Positions 40,693-53,299 of a stretch of 64,000 nucleotides of DNA are shown here, piece after piece. Below the pieces are notes generated by a model. It was not told where the DNA came from and searched no databases. It worked only from the letters and a program-made list of their open reading frames with translations. Each line of letters opens with the position of its first letter. Positions within the stretch are counted from its first letter, which is position 1. The position numbers and the translations under genes are program-made. The stretch spans positions 94,860,001 to 94,924,000 of the forward strand of contig OZ024740.1 in the NCBI GenBank assembly GCA_964016885.1, in the 5' to 3' direction. Source of the stretch: Eledone cirrhosa (taxonomy: Eukaryota).

Positions 40693-43402
40693 CACACATA
40701 CATACAAATACCTGTCACTTAATTTACACACACATCGGCCTTACACTTTCAAACTATATTTTTCTGTAGAAGTAACTTTAACCCTTTATTTTCGACATAC
40801 AAATACACACATACATACAAATACCTGTACATTTTAAGGGGGGTGGGGGGCTTTCTTATCAATCTTTTTACATTCAATTATCAGCCTTATACTTTAAAAG
40901 TCAATTTTTATCTTGAAGTAACTTTCACCCTTTATTTTTCGATACCCATTTACTTACTAACATTTGTATCACAACAACAATAACAATATTCATAAACAGA
41001 CAGTAGACTTTCAAAGTCAATTTTCCTGTAGAAGTAACTTTCACCCTTTCTTTTGGACATAACATGCCACCTAAAAAGAGAAGTCGCCTCAGTTGACATA
41101 CCGCGTCAGCAGTGGCGCAAAAGGCTACTATAGCAAACGAGTCCTCTTAGGAAAATGCTTCAAGACTTTTACAGACAGCCTTACGTTCAGCAGAATGTCG
41201 AGCCGCTGAAAGTTTCTAACAGCGCACCGCACGCCTAGCCAAAATGGCTTCATACCAGGCTTCTTCCAGGGCTTCAGAGAGCCGTGAACAAAGGTCGAAG
41301 CGCCTAGCTAGAAACGCTGTGACTAATGCTGCTTCCAGGTATTTGGAACGTTTAAAACAACGGAGGGCTCGCCTTCCTACGGACGCTGCGGCTATGACTA
41401 CTTCCATGGCTTCTGAAGATGCAGACGGGCGGTCCATTAGCATTGCAAATGTTGCTTCTGCTATAGCTGCCAGACCTTCCCACCAACCACACGACCAATG
41501 TTCTACGTTCAGTCGTAACAGTCGACGGCGAGAAGCTACACGCGGTGTGACGAGCCCCAACAGCCCTTACTGGCACCTACGGGCTTTCAAGTATGAGCAA
41601 AACGTTAATTACTCGATGCGCTCTGACATAAATATAGGCGACATGCGCTTCAATTGCCAATTCTGCAATGCTACAAAGTGGGCTGGGGAGCCACCTGCAA
41701 TGTGCTGTTTAAATGATAACGTCACCTTGCCCCCTCTTCCGGAACCGCCAGGGCTTTGAAGGAACTACTGACTGGTTATACCTCACGGTCAAAAAAAAAA
41801 AGCCGGAATCCCCCAATAAAAAACGCTCCTGGGGGCACCGGAAAAAACTTTTGTAACGAATTTGATTCTCGCTAAGATTCGTCAGGAGAAAAAAGTTGCG
41901 TTGTCCGTTGCATCGTTCGGGATCGCTGCTACTTTGCTGCCGGGAGGCAGGACAGCACATTCAACTTTTAAACTCCCTTTGGATTTAGTAAAAAACTGAG
42001 ACACCAACATGCAATTTCCGCAAGAGTTCACACAAAGCTCTGGTTCTCAAAAGATGTTGCCTCATTGTTTGGGATGAGTGCAGAATGGCACACAAGGGTG
42101 CCCTTAGAGGCATTGGACGAGGCCTGGAAAGACATTAGGGATTCTACGGCTCCTATATGTGGCGTAACCCTTCTGCTATCAGGGGATTTTCGGAAAACGC
42201 TGCCTGTCATCCCCAAATGGACAAGAGCTGATGAAGTGCGTGCCTGTCTTAAGTCGTCCATGTTGTGACTCCAGGTGAATAGTTTGTACCTGAGCACATA
42301 TATGCGTACTCATTTGCATGGTGACAACATGTCTGCAGCACAGAACATTTTAGCACTTGGTGAGGCAAGATCCCTGCGGATGACATGGACGGCATAGCAA
42401 TCGACACCCTGTGCAACATTGTGAGCAGCCCTCCTGACCTTTGGGAAGCAGTTTTTCCTAATGTCTCATCTAACTTTAAAATCCTCGATTGTGTCAGCGA
42501 AAGAGCCATCCTTGCTCCGAAAAATACCATGGTTAATTTTATTAACGAGCAGCTGATTGAGAATATTCCCGGTAAAGAGCACATCTTCAAATCAGACCCC
42601 GACGATATTGTTAATTATCCGGTTGAGTTATTAAATCTCCTTGAGCCCCCAGGGCTCCCACCTCACATTATTAAGCTTAGGGTTGGCTGTCCCATTATGC
42701 TAATAAGGAACTTGCGTCCACCAAAGCAGTGCAACGGTAGTCGCATGGTCGTCAAGTCAGTGACACCCACTTGATTGAGGTCACCATTGTAACGGGGTGC
42801 GGAAGAGGGGAGAATGTTTTCATTCCAAGGATGAACCTTTTCATCTCGGCGTCAGATATCCCGTTCGATTTCCGACGATCCCAATTCCCGGTGAGACCAT
42901 GTTTTGTCATATCCATTAACAAGTAAGAAGGGCAAACATTGTAGGTGGCGGGCATCCATTTGGAGGAGCCATGCTTCTCCCATGGCCAACTTTATGTTGC
43001 CTGTTCCCGCGCAGGGAGCAGGAATGGACTTTTTGCTTACTCTCCTCAAGGGATGACACGCAATATCGTCTACAAATAGGTGCTATAGATGTTGGTGCAG
43101 GTGTTGGAGCTATGCCGTCTGGAACACTGTTTCCTGGTAGGGTATCCCATGGCAGACAGATCTGACACCCAGCGGCATCAGGGCCACCATCTTGCAACTT
43201 TGGTCTACTAAATTCGATATTGGAGAATTATTAACCCATCATTGATTGACCAACATGCTAATTGGTTCGTAACTTTTAATAACCGGTTCAACTGCTATAT
43301 GCACTTAATTGATAAGCTTATTCGCTTTCAAACCACGTTTACCTGTATGTAACTTTTCATAGCAAATGAACAAACCCGAGCAACGCCGGGCTAAACTGCT
43401 AG
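40300..43402 (+). mobile_element. Internally deleted, degenerate Helitron
   Basis: CQFC..W..EPPAMCC..VTLPPLPEPP; PIF1 motifs VASFGIAATLLPGGRTAHSTFKLP, VWDEC, GDFRKTLPVIP, PPGLPPH..GCPIMLIRNL..CNGSR, FSHGQLYVACSR; 3' hairpin cccgagcaacgccggg then CTAG at 43399-43402. The 5' boundary is uncertain. Confidence 0.95.
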
Positions 43403-43410
43403 TATATCAA

Positions 43411-43729
43411 AAAGAAGGAGTTAAAAGATGGTTAAAAGAGTTCCATATATTTTATTATTCGCATTTTGAATACAAAAAATCATCCTGGGTCAAAATTGTG
43501 TTCTCATCAGATAAAATAAGCTAACATGATATGAGGCATAATAGTACTTGTTTACAGGAAAGTGGTATGTAGACTTACCACTTTCCTGTAAACAAGTGCT
43601 ATTATGCGTCATATCATGTTACCTTATTTTATCTGATTAGAATACAATTTTTGTTCCAGGATGATTTTGTATTCGAAATGCACATAATAAAATATATGGA
43701 ACTCTTTTAACCACCTTTTAATTTCTTCG

Positions 43730-43731
<2 letters not shown>
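43411..43731. repeat. ~320 bp palindrome with a hammerhead in each arm
   Basis: Centre at ~43572; motifs at 43449-43517 (-) and 43626-43693 (+). Confidence 0.85.
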
Positions 43732-43800
<69 letters not shown>

Positions 43801-44099
43801 TATATAGATATATAAACATGTAAGTGTGTGTAGGTGTGTGTGTGTTTTGAAATATTATGGATTGTTTATTTTCAGATATGCTGGTGTGTTTTATGTCTGT
43901 CGAACAACATGTTGTTAAACAAAAGGTTTCATATCTTTATCTTTTAATAAGATTTTTGAAATATATATGTTGATGGAAGCTATTTATATGTATGTACCTG
44001 CGACAGAAAAGAAATGTATGTAAATGTAGGTATATCACAGGGAAATTAATAGTTGTGATATTTAACAATGAGTTTAATGTTAGTGGTTGCATTGTGCTT

Positions 44100-44235
44100 A
44101 AAGGAGTCCATGACCACTTTTAAGTCTAGGTAAGACCAGTCAATTGCCGCTCTTTATAACGGTACCCTAGGCATGGAACCGTTTACCTAGCGTGTCTGTG
44201 ATAAATAGCACTGGCAAATTACACTCGACATCACA
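44100..44235 (+). mobile_element. CR1/L2-type LINE 3' fragment
   Basis: TVP*AWNRLPSVSVINST resembles the WNxLP C-terminal motif. Confidence 0.5.
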
Positions 44236-44585
44236 ACCGAATGATCCCATAGAGGCCATGAATAGGTCATTGTCTATTAATTGATTTTTAAGCAACCCTT
44301 ATTAATTACAGGGGAAAATAGGGCTAAAATTAAAATTAACACTAATCCAAACCACCTTTAGTAATTTAGAAAATCACGGCAGTTGACCTGCATGAAACCA
44401 GTGAACACAGAATCTATAATAGATGAAAACGGAGCCGCATTACCCTCACAATGGTTTCATTTTAGTTATAGTGTTAACCCATGTCTCTATATATAATTAA
44501 ACAAAAACACACACGTACTCACACGCACAAAAACACACATACACACATATATATCTCTCTCTCTATCTCTCTTTCTCTCTCGCTC

Positions 44586-44664
<79 letters not shown>

Positions 44665-45164
44665 ATATTGTATATCAAATGATATCACCGTCTAACGTAT
44701 TTCATTAGAAGCAGCCGGGTCCAGTGTCAATGGAATTTGAAACCGTAAATAACGTATAGATTTTGCGCCTATGTAGAATGGCTGATTTGCCGAATTCACA
44801 TAAATATGTAAAGAACTATGCAGGAGAGAAAATTGTAATTCTACTTTAAGTTGCGCTGGCTTACACAGGTCCACATGCAAATGAGGCAGATCTGCTCATC
44901 TACACATGTGAATAAACGATACATGTTCGCCTGTTACAGATTCCAGCAGGGAGAATGTGAAGCACTCACCTGTTGATTGTCACAACCAAAAATGTGCATT
45001 CTCAATTATTTTCCCTACTTCTGCTGGTATCCGCTAGACGGCGGTAGCCTCCAGCCTGTCAACATTCATAGCTAGTATATATAACATTAAATATTCTAAA
45101 TTTAAATTATATAGAGCTATGTCGGAGCAAAAATTTAGTTTTATATACATCTATATAATATTAA

Positions 45165-45270
45165 ATAATTGTTTCTACGTTTGGCACAAGGCCAGCAATT
45201 ACCCGGTACATTACTGATACTTTATTGTATCGACCCCGTAAGGATAAAAGGCAAAGTTAACCTCGACGGG
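45165..45270 (-). mobile_element. Octopus-type SINE, 3' part
   Basis: Matches other copies. Confidence 0.8.
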
Positions 45271-45577
45271 TAAATAATGGAGTACAATTTTATATATATA
45301 TACAACAAAGGAATTGTGGTAAGGAACCATATGGACCATGACGCACCAGAGTAGTCAATACTTAGGGTAGTAGAGTGGGAAATAGGAAAAAGTATGACCC
45401 CGACGTCAGAGCTCAAGCCGTTTCAACGGAGTCCAGAAATAGCCGTCGAAACCGCTTGAGCTCTGTCGTCGGGGTCATACTGTTTCCTATATTTATATAT
45501 ATATATATATGTATATATATATACGTGGGAAAGTAAAAAATCGGAGAATAGACCGTTAAAACATGTTTATTTAAAAT

Positions 45578-45620
45578 ATCACCTACGTACGTTTCGCCCA
45601 GTTGGGCTTCTCAAGGGCAT
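45578..45620 (-). ncRNA. Minimal hammerhead, U3-A8 variant (sibling at 54881-54923)
   Basis: augccc UUGAGAA GCCC aacu GGGC GAAA CGUACG UA ggugau; palindromic stem III; weak stem I. Confidence 0.65.
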
Positions 45621-45668
45621 AAATAATCACAAGTGTTCCATATATTGCTCGGAAAGAGTTTTTGGGGT

Positions 45669-45715
<47 letters not shown>

Positions 45716-45864
45716 TAGCAAAACGGAGAAGAAAATGCTGACCCCTTTTTCCCAGTGAAAAATAGTTTAATTAGGAATAAGAATAAATTAGTAATAAGTA
45801 TTAGTTAGTATTCAGTTTTAGTTTTAAAATATTACCGGTTGCGCATTTCTAATGCTTTTCAAAA

Positions 45865-46052
45865 ATAATTGTTTCTACTTTAGGCACAAGGCCAGCAATT
45901 ACCCAGTGCATTACTGGTACTTTATTTTATCGACCCCGTAAGGATGATAGGCAAAGTCAACCTCGGCGGGAATTGAACTCATATCGTAAAGTGACGTAAC
46001 TATGCTGGAAAGCATGGCGTCTGACCCTCTCCCGATACTGCCAATCCACCGC
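45865..46052 (-). mobile_element. Octopus-type SINE with target-site duplication inside a solo pLTR
   Basis: gcttttcaaaaataat is duplicated on both sides. Confidence 0.9.
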
Positions 46053-46371
46053 TTTTCAAAAATAATGTTGTGAAACAACGCTCGTGATTTTTTCACTAAT
46101 CTAATCAGTTTTGGAAATTCTTCCTCTTTTATGTGAAAAAAGTGGCTCCAGAGGTTTTAAGATTTGGTTAGTTGTTGAATGTCACGTGAATAAGCACTAT
46201 AAATTTTGCGCCAATTCCTGTTGCAAAAATTCTTGTAGTCATAACAATTTTGATTGGTCGGTAGAAGTCACGTGAATGTTAACATTGATTTCGCGCCAAA
46301 TGTTTTTTTTACGAATAATGTCCTTTTCCTCTTGATTAAGTTGCAGTCATGTTGAGGAGTCACTGAAATAT

Positions 46372-46990
46372 ATGTCTATTACCGGCTTCAGCATTGTATG
46401 CATTATCAAGGGGGGGGGGGGGTGGATTTGTATTGGTATAAAATGATATAGAGAAAATAATGTGATTTTGAACATGTTAAGGAAATGGGAAAGAAAGAAT
46501 AATATTATTTACAAACTAGGTTTCGAAATAAAAAGAAAAAAAGAAGAAAAAAAGGGGGATGATGTGAAACATGATAAGGTAATGGGAAAGAAATAATAAT
46601 ATTATTTACGGGCATAGTTCTTCAGAATAAGCAGTTCAAAAAGTGTTGTTATGACAAGAGCTCTTGGTTGGTCCATATTGGAGGCAAACTACAATGTGCC
46701 TCCTTTATGGACCAACCAAGCGCTCCTGCCACTTTTTTAACTGCTTATCCCCAAGAACTATGCCTGTAAATAATATTATTCTCTCTTTCCCATTACCTTA
46801 TCATGATCCACGTCACCACTTTTTTTCTTTTATTATTTTTACTTCAAAAACCTTGTTTGTAAATAATATTATTCTTTCTTTCCCATTTCCTTAACATGTT
46901 TAACATCACATTATTTTCTCTCCAAAATGTTATACCAATACAAATTCCCCCATTTGATAATGCATAAAAGGCTGAAACCAGGAATAGACA
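46372..46990. repeat. ~620 bp palindrome with terminal UUGAUAA hammerhead-like motifs
   Basis: Arms centred at ~46691; arm consensus UUGAUAA uGCA..UGCu GAAA CCGG UA. Confidence 0.8.
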
Positions 46991-47633
46991 ATTATTAAAT
47001 ATATAAATAAATAAATAAATAAATAAATAAATGCCATTGTTAATTAATAAATAATTTAACGAATACCTCAACACTTAACACAAAGTAAAATATTTTATTT
47101 TAAACATTTTCTAACTCAGATAATAGAGAAAACAATAAAAGGAAAAACAATATTTTTCTTCCTAATAATCGTCTGTTTCTCCCTATGAACACATACTTTC
47201 TACCAATGTATTCTTATTATCTCCCTCATCGTTTTCTATATATATATTTTTTTTCCATTTGACTTATAAATCCCGACCCCTATTTTTCTACCATACCTTT
47301 AACACATACACACCCACCACCTTCATCCTTTACCCAGATCACTTTTAAACTATATACCCTTATCCAGATCTCTTCACAAACACTCACTCTCTACGACAAA
47401 ATTTACACCCCTTTTCTCCCTTACGTATTCATAAAGAAATGTTTATATTATTTGATCTCAGTTTATACTCCCCCTTGTTCTTACTTACCCACTAGGTTTT
47501 TAAGTGTACTCACATAAAGTTGTATGTGGGCGCATATGCAGACAGGCTTATGTATATATACACATTTTAGTGTATTTATTTTATTATATGTGTGTGTATG
47601 TGTTTGTGTGTGTTCTTATACGTGTATATGTTT

Positions 47634-47707
<74 letters not shown>

Positions 47708-47744
47708 TATATTCTCTGCTACTCCCTCTCCTACTTCCTTCCCG

Positions 47745-47975
47745 TTTGACCTGTGCGAAATTCTTACCTCGCGCGCGCACACTTGACCAGGTTGGTTGTT
47801 CCTTTTTTTCTCTCTTGTCTTCGATTTCACAGAACTTATGTTCACCGATTTCAGGGAGTAGACTCCGTCTTCCTCTCTTTTGACCTGTGCGAAATTCTTT
47901 CCTTGCTCACATTTCGACTAGGTTTGATGGTCTTTTTTCTCTCTCGTCCACGATTTCACAGAACTTATATTCATA
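47745..47975. repeat. ~134 bp tandem duplication
   Basis: tttgacctgtgcgaaattctt...cgatttcacagaacttat occurs twice. Confidence 0.8.
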
Positions 47976-48099
47976 GAATTCTGTATTATTTATTAATTTT
48001 CATACACGGTACGGTAGTGATACCTTGGATACAGCTGGAGTGGTGGTATGTGTGACAACCGAATTAATTATCGGAAAAACACCAGAAGGATTATGTTAT

Positions 48100-48649
48100 C
48101 GTTGGGATTTGAGACCAGTGTGTAGAGCCGCAATGCATAAAATAACAACTCCTATAGGTTGTCATCAAACAAATATGAATGAAATTAATGAAATATAAAG
48201 CGATAATAAGCATATGTTAATTCAGGAATGAAATCCTTTGTGCAAACATAGCGAAAGCCGTCAAACAAAAGACAAGGAACCGTGCATAGAATTATTCTCA
48301 ATGTATGAACCATGAAGCAATTAGGATATTACTAGTGTATTTTCCATCCACAAAATTGTGCTTGTATTTCAGATCATATGTATAAAACTATCAACACCGA
48401 TGTAACATTCAATATAAAATGTGTGGTAATTGCATTGTCTACCTCTTGCTCTGTGTTCGGAAATCTGTAATCGCTGAACCAGCTAGTGCATGCATTTGTG
48501 TGTTTGACGTAGCAGTGAGCTAAATGAATTATGTCGGTATACAAGAAGAAATAAACATTATGAAATAAATTATGATGTATGTTTCCCTGGAGATGGTCTG
48601 ATCTTAAGGGCCACCGGAGCACAGGGCGACCACGCAGTACTTTAAATAG

Positions 48650-48696
<47 letters not shown>

Positions 48697-48990
48697 GAAA
48701 CAAATGTTGTATTTTATCTGAAGAAAGCGTATCATAGTCTTTTGGTACCCTTGAAATATATAATATAATATAATAAATAGAAACTATATTTATAAAAGCA
48801 TATTTATTTTATTATATATATTTCAAGGGTACCACAATACTTTGGTACGCTTTCTTCAGATAAAATACAAAATGTGTTTTATAAATAGAGACATACCCAG
48901 GAAAAGCATAGTTTATCAGTTGGATATTCTCTGGATAGTGGAAATGTATTAGGGATTTTTCAAGCTTATGGGTGAAAATGCAAATGAATA
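48100..48990 (-). pseudogene. Decayed Cys-loop receptor, copy F
   Basis: SLKNP*Y..IQRI/PTDKLCF (WxPD region); ISSC..THKC..SW; MLHRC**FYTYDL; RIILCTVPCLL/LTAFAMF; KDFIPELT; MLIIALYF; IGVVILCI. Confidence 0.68.
48691..48888. ncRNA. Convergent inverted hammerhead pair inserted into copy F
   Basis: 48806-48866 (-): AUUUUAU CUGAAGA AAGCGUACCA..UGGUACCCUU GAAA UAUAUA UA AUAAAAU; sibling at 48711-48770 (+). Confidence 0.78.
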
Positions 48991-49197
48991 TGTAAATAAT
49001 TAAAAAAACAACCGTTTATTTAAACGACTCATATAACGTTAATTTGAGGGAAATATATTCGGATAATTATCTATGTATATATGAATATATATATCTTAAT
49101 ATTATGTGTATTTATATTAAAAGGATATCTTACGATTATTAGTTGTTTAAAATGTGTTAATAATATGATATTTTTCATTCGTTTATAAGTAGATAAA

Positions 49198-50430
49198 TAA
49201 ATAAATAGATGGGTATATCATATTATAGATAGTTGTTCAAATGAGCTATGAGGGATATTTGTTTTGGATTTGATATAAATAAATATGTATTTAAAATTGA
49301 GAATAATTAAAAATTAAATTAAATTAAATTATATTAACTGAGTTAAGTAAGAATATTTTTATGTATATGATTGAAAAGGGAAGATAAGGAAAAAAACTCC
49401 GGTTGTATTTAATCATTTGTTATTGTGAGACTATTTATTGAAAATAAGTATGGATGTTTAAGCTACATTTATCCAGAATCAGTTAGTGGTTATTAGTCTA
49501 TTCAAACATATTGGAAAAATATTGAGGAAATATTGAAGAAATATTGAAAAATATTGAAAAAAATATATTGAAAAAAATATATTGAAAGAATATATTGAAA
49601 AAAATATTAAAACAATATTGAACAAATTAAATCTTGAGAAAACTTTTGAAAACATTTTTAAGAAAGTGGAAGTATAACAAATGTTAGAGATATTATGATT
49701 TAGAGATATCAATATATTAAAACCAAGTAGATGAGATTGTTATGGAAATTATAATAATTATTGTTATAGAGATTTTAATATATTTATATCTCTAAATCAT
49801 ATCGCTAACATTTGTTATACTTCCCCTTCTTAAAAATGTTCATATAATATATACGTATATAATTCTAATTTAAAAGAAAAAATGTTTTAAATCTTAATTT
49901 GAATAATTTTGTATTTCTTTAAAAATGACTTATCTCTTAAACATTTTTTTTTCTTTTAAAAGTATTTTTTTAAAGTTTTCAAAAAACCTTTTTCAAAATT
50001 GTTCTCAAGATTAAAAAAAAAATATTAAACGTTTTCAATATTCTTTTTAATATGTTTTTCAATATATCTTTTCAATATATGTTTCCAATATGTTTTTTCA
50101 ATATTTTTTCAATATTTTTTCAGTATTTTCTGAATATTTTTTCAATAGATTAATAACCACTGATTCCGGCTAAATGTATCTTAAACATCCATAATTATTT
50201 TGACTAAATAGTCACACAGTAACAAATAAATAAATAAAATCAGGGTTCTTTCTTTATCTTCCCTTTTCAATCGTATAAATATAAATATTCTTACCTAACT
50301 CATTTAATTTATTTTAATTTAATTTTAAATTATTTTAAATACATATTTATTTACATAAAATACAAAACCAGTATCACTCATAACTCATTTGAACAACTAT
50401 CTATAACTTGATATACCCATCTATTTATTC
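49198..50430. repeat. ~1.2 kb AT-rich fold-back
   Basis: aataaatagatgggtatatca... is inverted at ...tgatatacccatctatttatt; internal aaatattg subrepeats. Confidence 0.85.
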
Positions 50431-50618
50431 ATTCCTCTTCCAGTGCGTCCATGCAGTGGCTCCACAGGAGCTCTGAGTGCAGTGTCAACTCTGGATGTCG
50501 GTGAGCTTGTCCAGCTAACCTCAGTCTTCCCTGTGTCATTTTCGAGCTGACTTTTGGGAGGCAGCCGTACAGCTCAGAGTTCTTCATCCTCAGTGAAGGA
50601 GGCAGAGAATTGATGCAG
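50430..50618 (-). mobile_element. RTE LINE fragment
   Basis: NSELYGCLPKVSSKMTQGRLRLAGQAHRHPEL..LLW. Confidence 0.75.
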
Positions 50619-51254
50619 GATATATCTATATATATATATACACACATACATACATAGACATATGTACGTATTTGAAATATTATTTTTAATGTTTGATATG
50701 ACCCATGCGTGTATATGTGTGCATGTGCGTGTGTTGGTATATATGTGTGTGCGTGTGTGAGTGTGTGTTTGTCTGTGTATGTGTGCGTATTCATACTTAC
50801 GTTCATCTATCACTTGTGTTGGAGCGGGAAATAATTTTTCTTTTTTTTTTCAATTGCCTTCAGAAATATCTGTAGGACTTGAAATTTGAGCTGTTTGTGT
50901 CACAACGCAAACGAAATTAGAAATAATCGTCGATTGATATAAGTAATATTTTGGGAATTTGATAACAACGCGCCTGGAGATGGAAAAGTGTAGTTAAGCT
51001 CTTAAAATGAAGAAATATTAATTGTTCTATATTTCTTGCTTTATAATCTATGTTGGTTAAGCGTATTTTTAAGTTGCACCTTTTTCTTCTTTTGTGAGTA
51101 AGTTAAATAAAGAGAAAATATATTTTTGTACAATATCTAGAATGTTTTAAAAATATCATTTTCTAAAAATTCATTTTAAGAATTTCAATTGAACTGATCA
51201 CAACACCGGTGAGATGTTATGCATCCTTTCTCCCTCATATAATGTTACCTATGT

Positions 51255-51572
51255 GAAGTAGCGCAGTTTTGTGTTCAGGGTATTCAGCTCACTATCATGA
51301 GGTCATGAGATCGATTGCCGACCGCGCGTTGTGGCCAGGGGCAAGAAACTTTATTGCACCTTGCTCCAGTTCACTCAGCTAGCAAAAATGAGTTGTTCAA
51401 CAATTCAAAGGACCAGCATTGTCACATTCTGCATCAGGCTGAATCTCCCCGAGAACAATGTTCAAGGTACGGGCGTCCGTTGACTGCTCAGTCACTTGAG
51501 GTTAATTTCAGCAGCTTGCTGTTCCTTTGATTGTATCAATGTAACACTCGTCGTCGTCACCGAGGGAGTAGC
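51255..51572 (+). mobile_element. Second tRNA-derived SINE family
   Basis: tRNA-like head, then gggcaagaaactttattgcaccttgctccagttcactcagct core. Confidence 0.65.
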
Positions 51573-52267
51573 CTACAAATATTTTCGGCCATTAGACAAA
51601 TCCAGGTGATGTTACGTATCGTTCAGATCATTAAGAACTAGGAATTGTGTTATGTTACACTGTTTGGCTTAGATTGCGTGTTATCTTAAGTAATGTATAT
51701 TACTTATGTAAGAAATATATTAATTCAGGTAACAACATGCAGAATCCAACGTGTGTTTCAAATATGTTTTACGTCCAGAAAAAATAATGTACGTTTGAAA
51801 AACCGGTTTATCGATGAAAACCTATAACCTATAATCAAATTTGAATGATAGAAATCTTTACTGATTTAACGTCACCTAACACTGTCAGAAAAGTTGATGG
51901 CTAAATATTCCTAGACACCAAAACACGTTACAAGTAGCCGTTACGGAGAATCGAAATTGGTATCCCTCAAATAAATTACAAGTAAATCAAACATTACAGT
52001 AAGTTGTTACTAATTTATGTTTCTATACTAAATATTGCTAGAATCATTGAATCTATGGTTGACTGGTAACTGGGCACATGTATCATTTGTATACTATTTG
52101 TTATTGGAGAAATAGTGAATTCGAATCTCCATACTGAATAGTGACGACGTTTTCTATATGTAGTAATATTTATACCGAACGACAGATAATACGTTTATTA
52201 TCTTCACTTGGATTTCCCACGTTTAAAACACACACACACACGGTCATTTATGCACACACAGTCACAC

Positions 52268-52347
<80 letters not shown>

Positions 52348-52777
52348 TTGCGAGGTTTTTTATATGAAATCGTGTCGAAACAAATATTGTTATACTTGGG
52401 GAGGGTCATATATGTGTAATATTGCCAGAATTAATAACAGAACACACTCACTGTTTAGTTGGTTTTCGCTTTACGCTTCTGTGTCCTTTATATCTAAATA
52501 AATAGATAAATAAATAAATAAATGGATAAATAAATAAATAAATACATACACAAGCACAATAACAACAAACACATATAAGCACACACTGGTAAAGATAAAA
52601 TACATTAACCAAACAATACAAAGACACCCTATCACGAACACACATCAAACAAAACACTATACACACACGCAAACGCATCCGCAAAGTAGACAAAATAAAA
52701 TAAACAAATAAATAAATATATAAACAGACTAAATAAAGATGGCGTAGAAAATACAATGCATCGGGGGGAAACAATAG

Positions 52778-52820
52778 CACCACTGACGATGTTGCAGATG
52801 TGCAACGAAAGAACTTTGAT
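52778..52820 (+). ncRNA. Minimal hammerhead (GAAAGAAC family)
   Basis: cacca CUGACGA u GUUGCA gaug UGCAAC GAAA GAAC UU ugau. Confidence 0.7.
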
Positions 52821-53299
52821 AAACTATATATATATGTGTTTGTGTCTATATTGTATCTGTATTATTTTACCATTGGTCAGTCAATGGCAACATTGAGGAC
52901 CGAATAAATTAGATTACCGATATAAAGGGCACAGAAGCGAAAAGCAAAAACCAACCAAACAGTGAGTGTGTTCTGTTATTAATTCTGGCAATATTACGCA
53001 AATATGACCCTCCCCAAGTATAACAATATATATATAAATATATATATATACATATGAATAATTTACATCTGCATTTTTTATGTTACAGAAAGTATTCATT
53101 GCGGAATTACAATATTAAGCCTCATATTAAACTTTGACCCGATCAGAGACATCATTTGTTAAAATCTAGTATATTTAACAGAATTATTGACATGATAATT
53201 CCAGTGTTTTTATTAAACTATTATATATATTCTGTGACTGAACGAAATGTTATGCTGTAAAAAGAGGTTTACTATAAAGGCTCTAATAGAGGAAATACA

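Larger units (their letters stand above)
39725..44945 (-). pseudogene. Decayed Cys-loop receptor, copy E, in pieces split by Helitron and other insertions
   Basis: 44680-44945 VELQFSLL..VNSANQ..LTLDPAASNEIR; 44000-44095 PLTLNS..NFP/DIPTFTYISFLS; 39900-40230 GDEWE*I..VEIKR..KNLPFIENDTPVLS; 39725-39760 MAQMCDKI. Confidence 0.55.
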
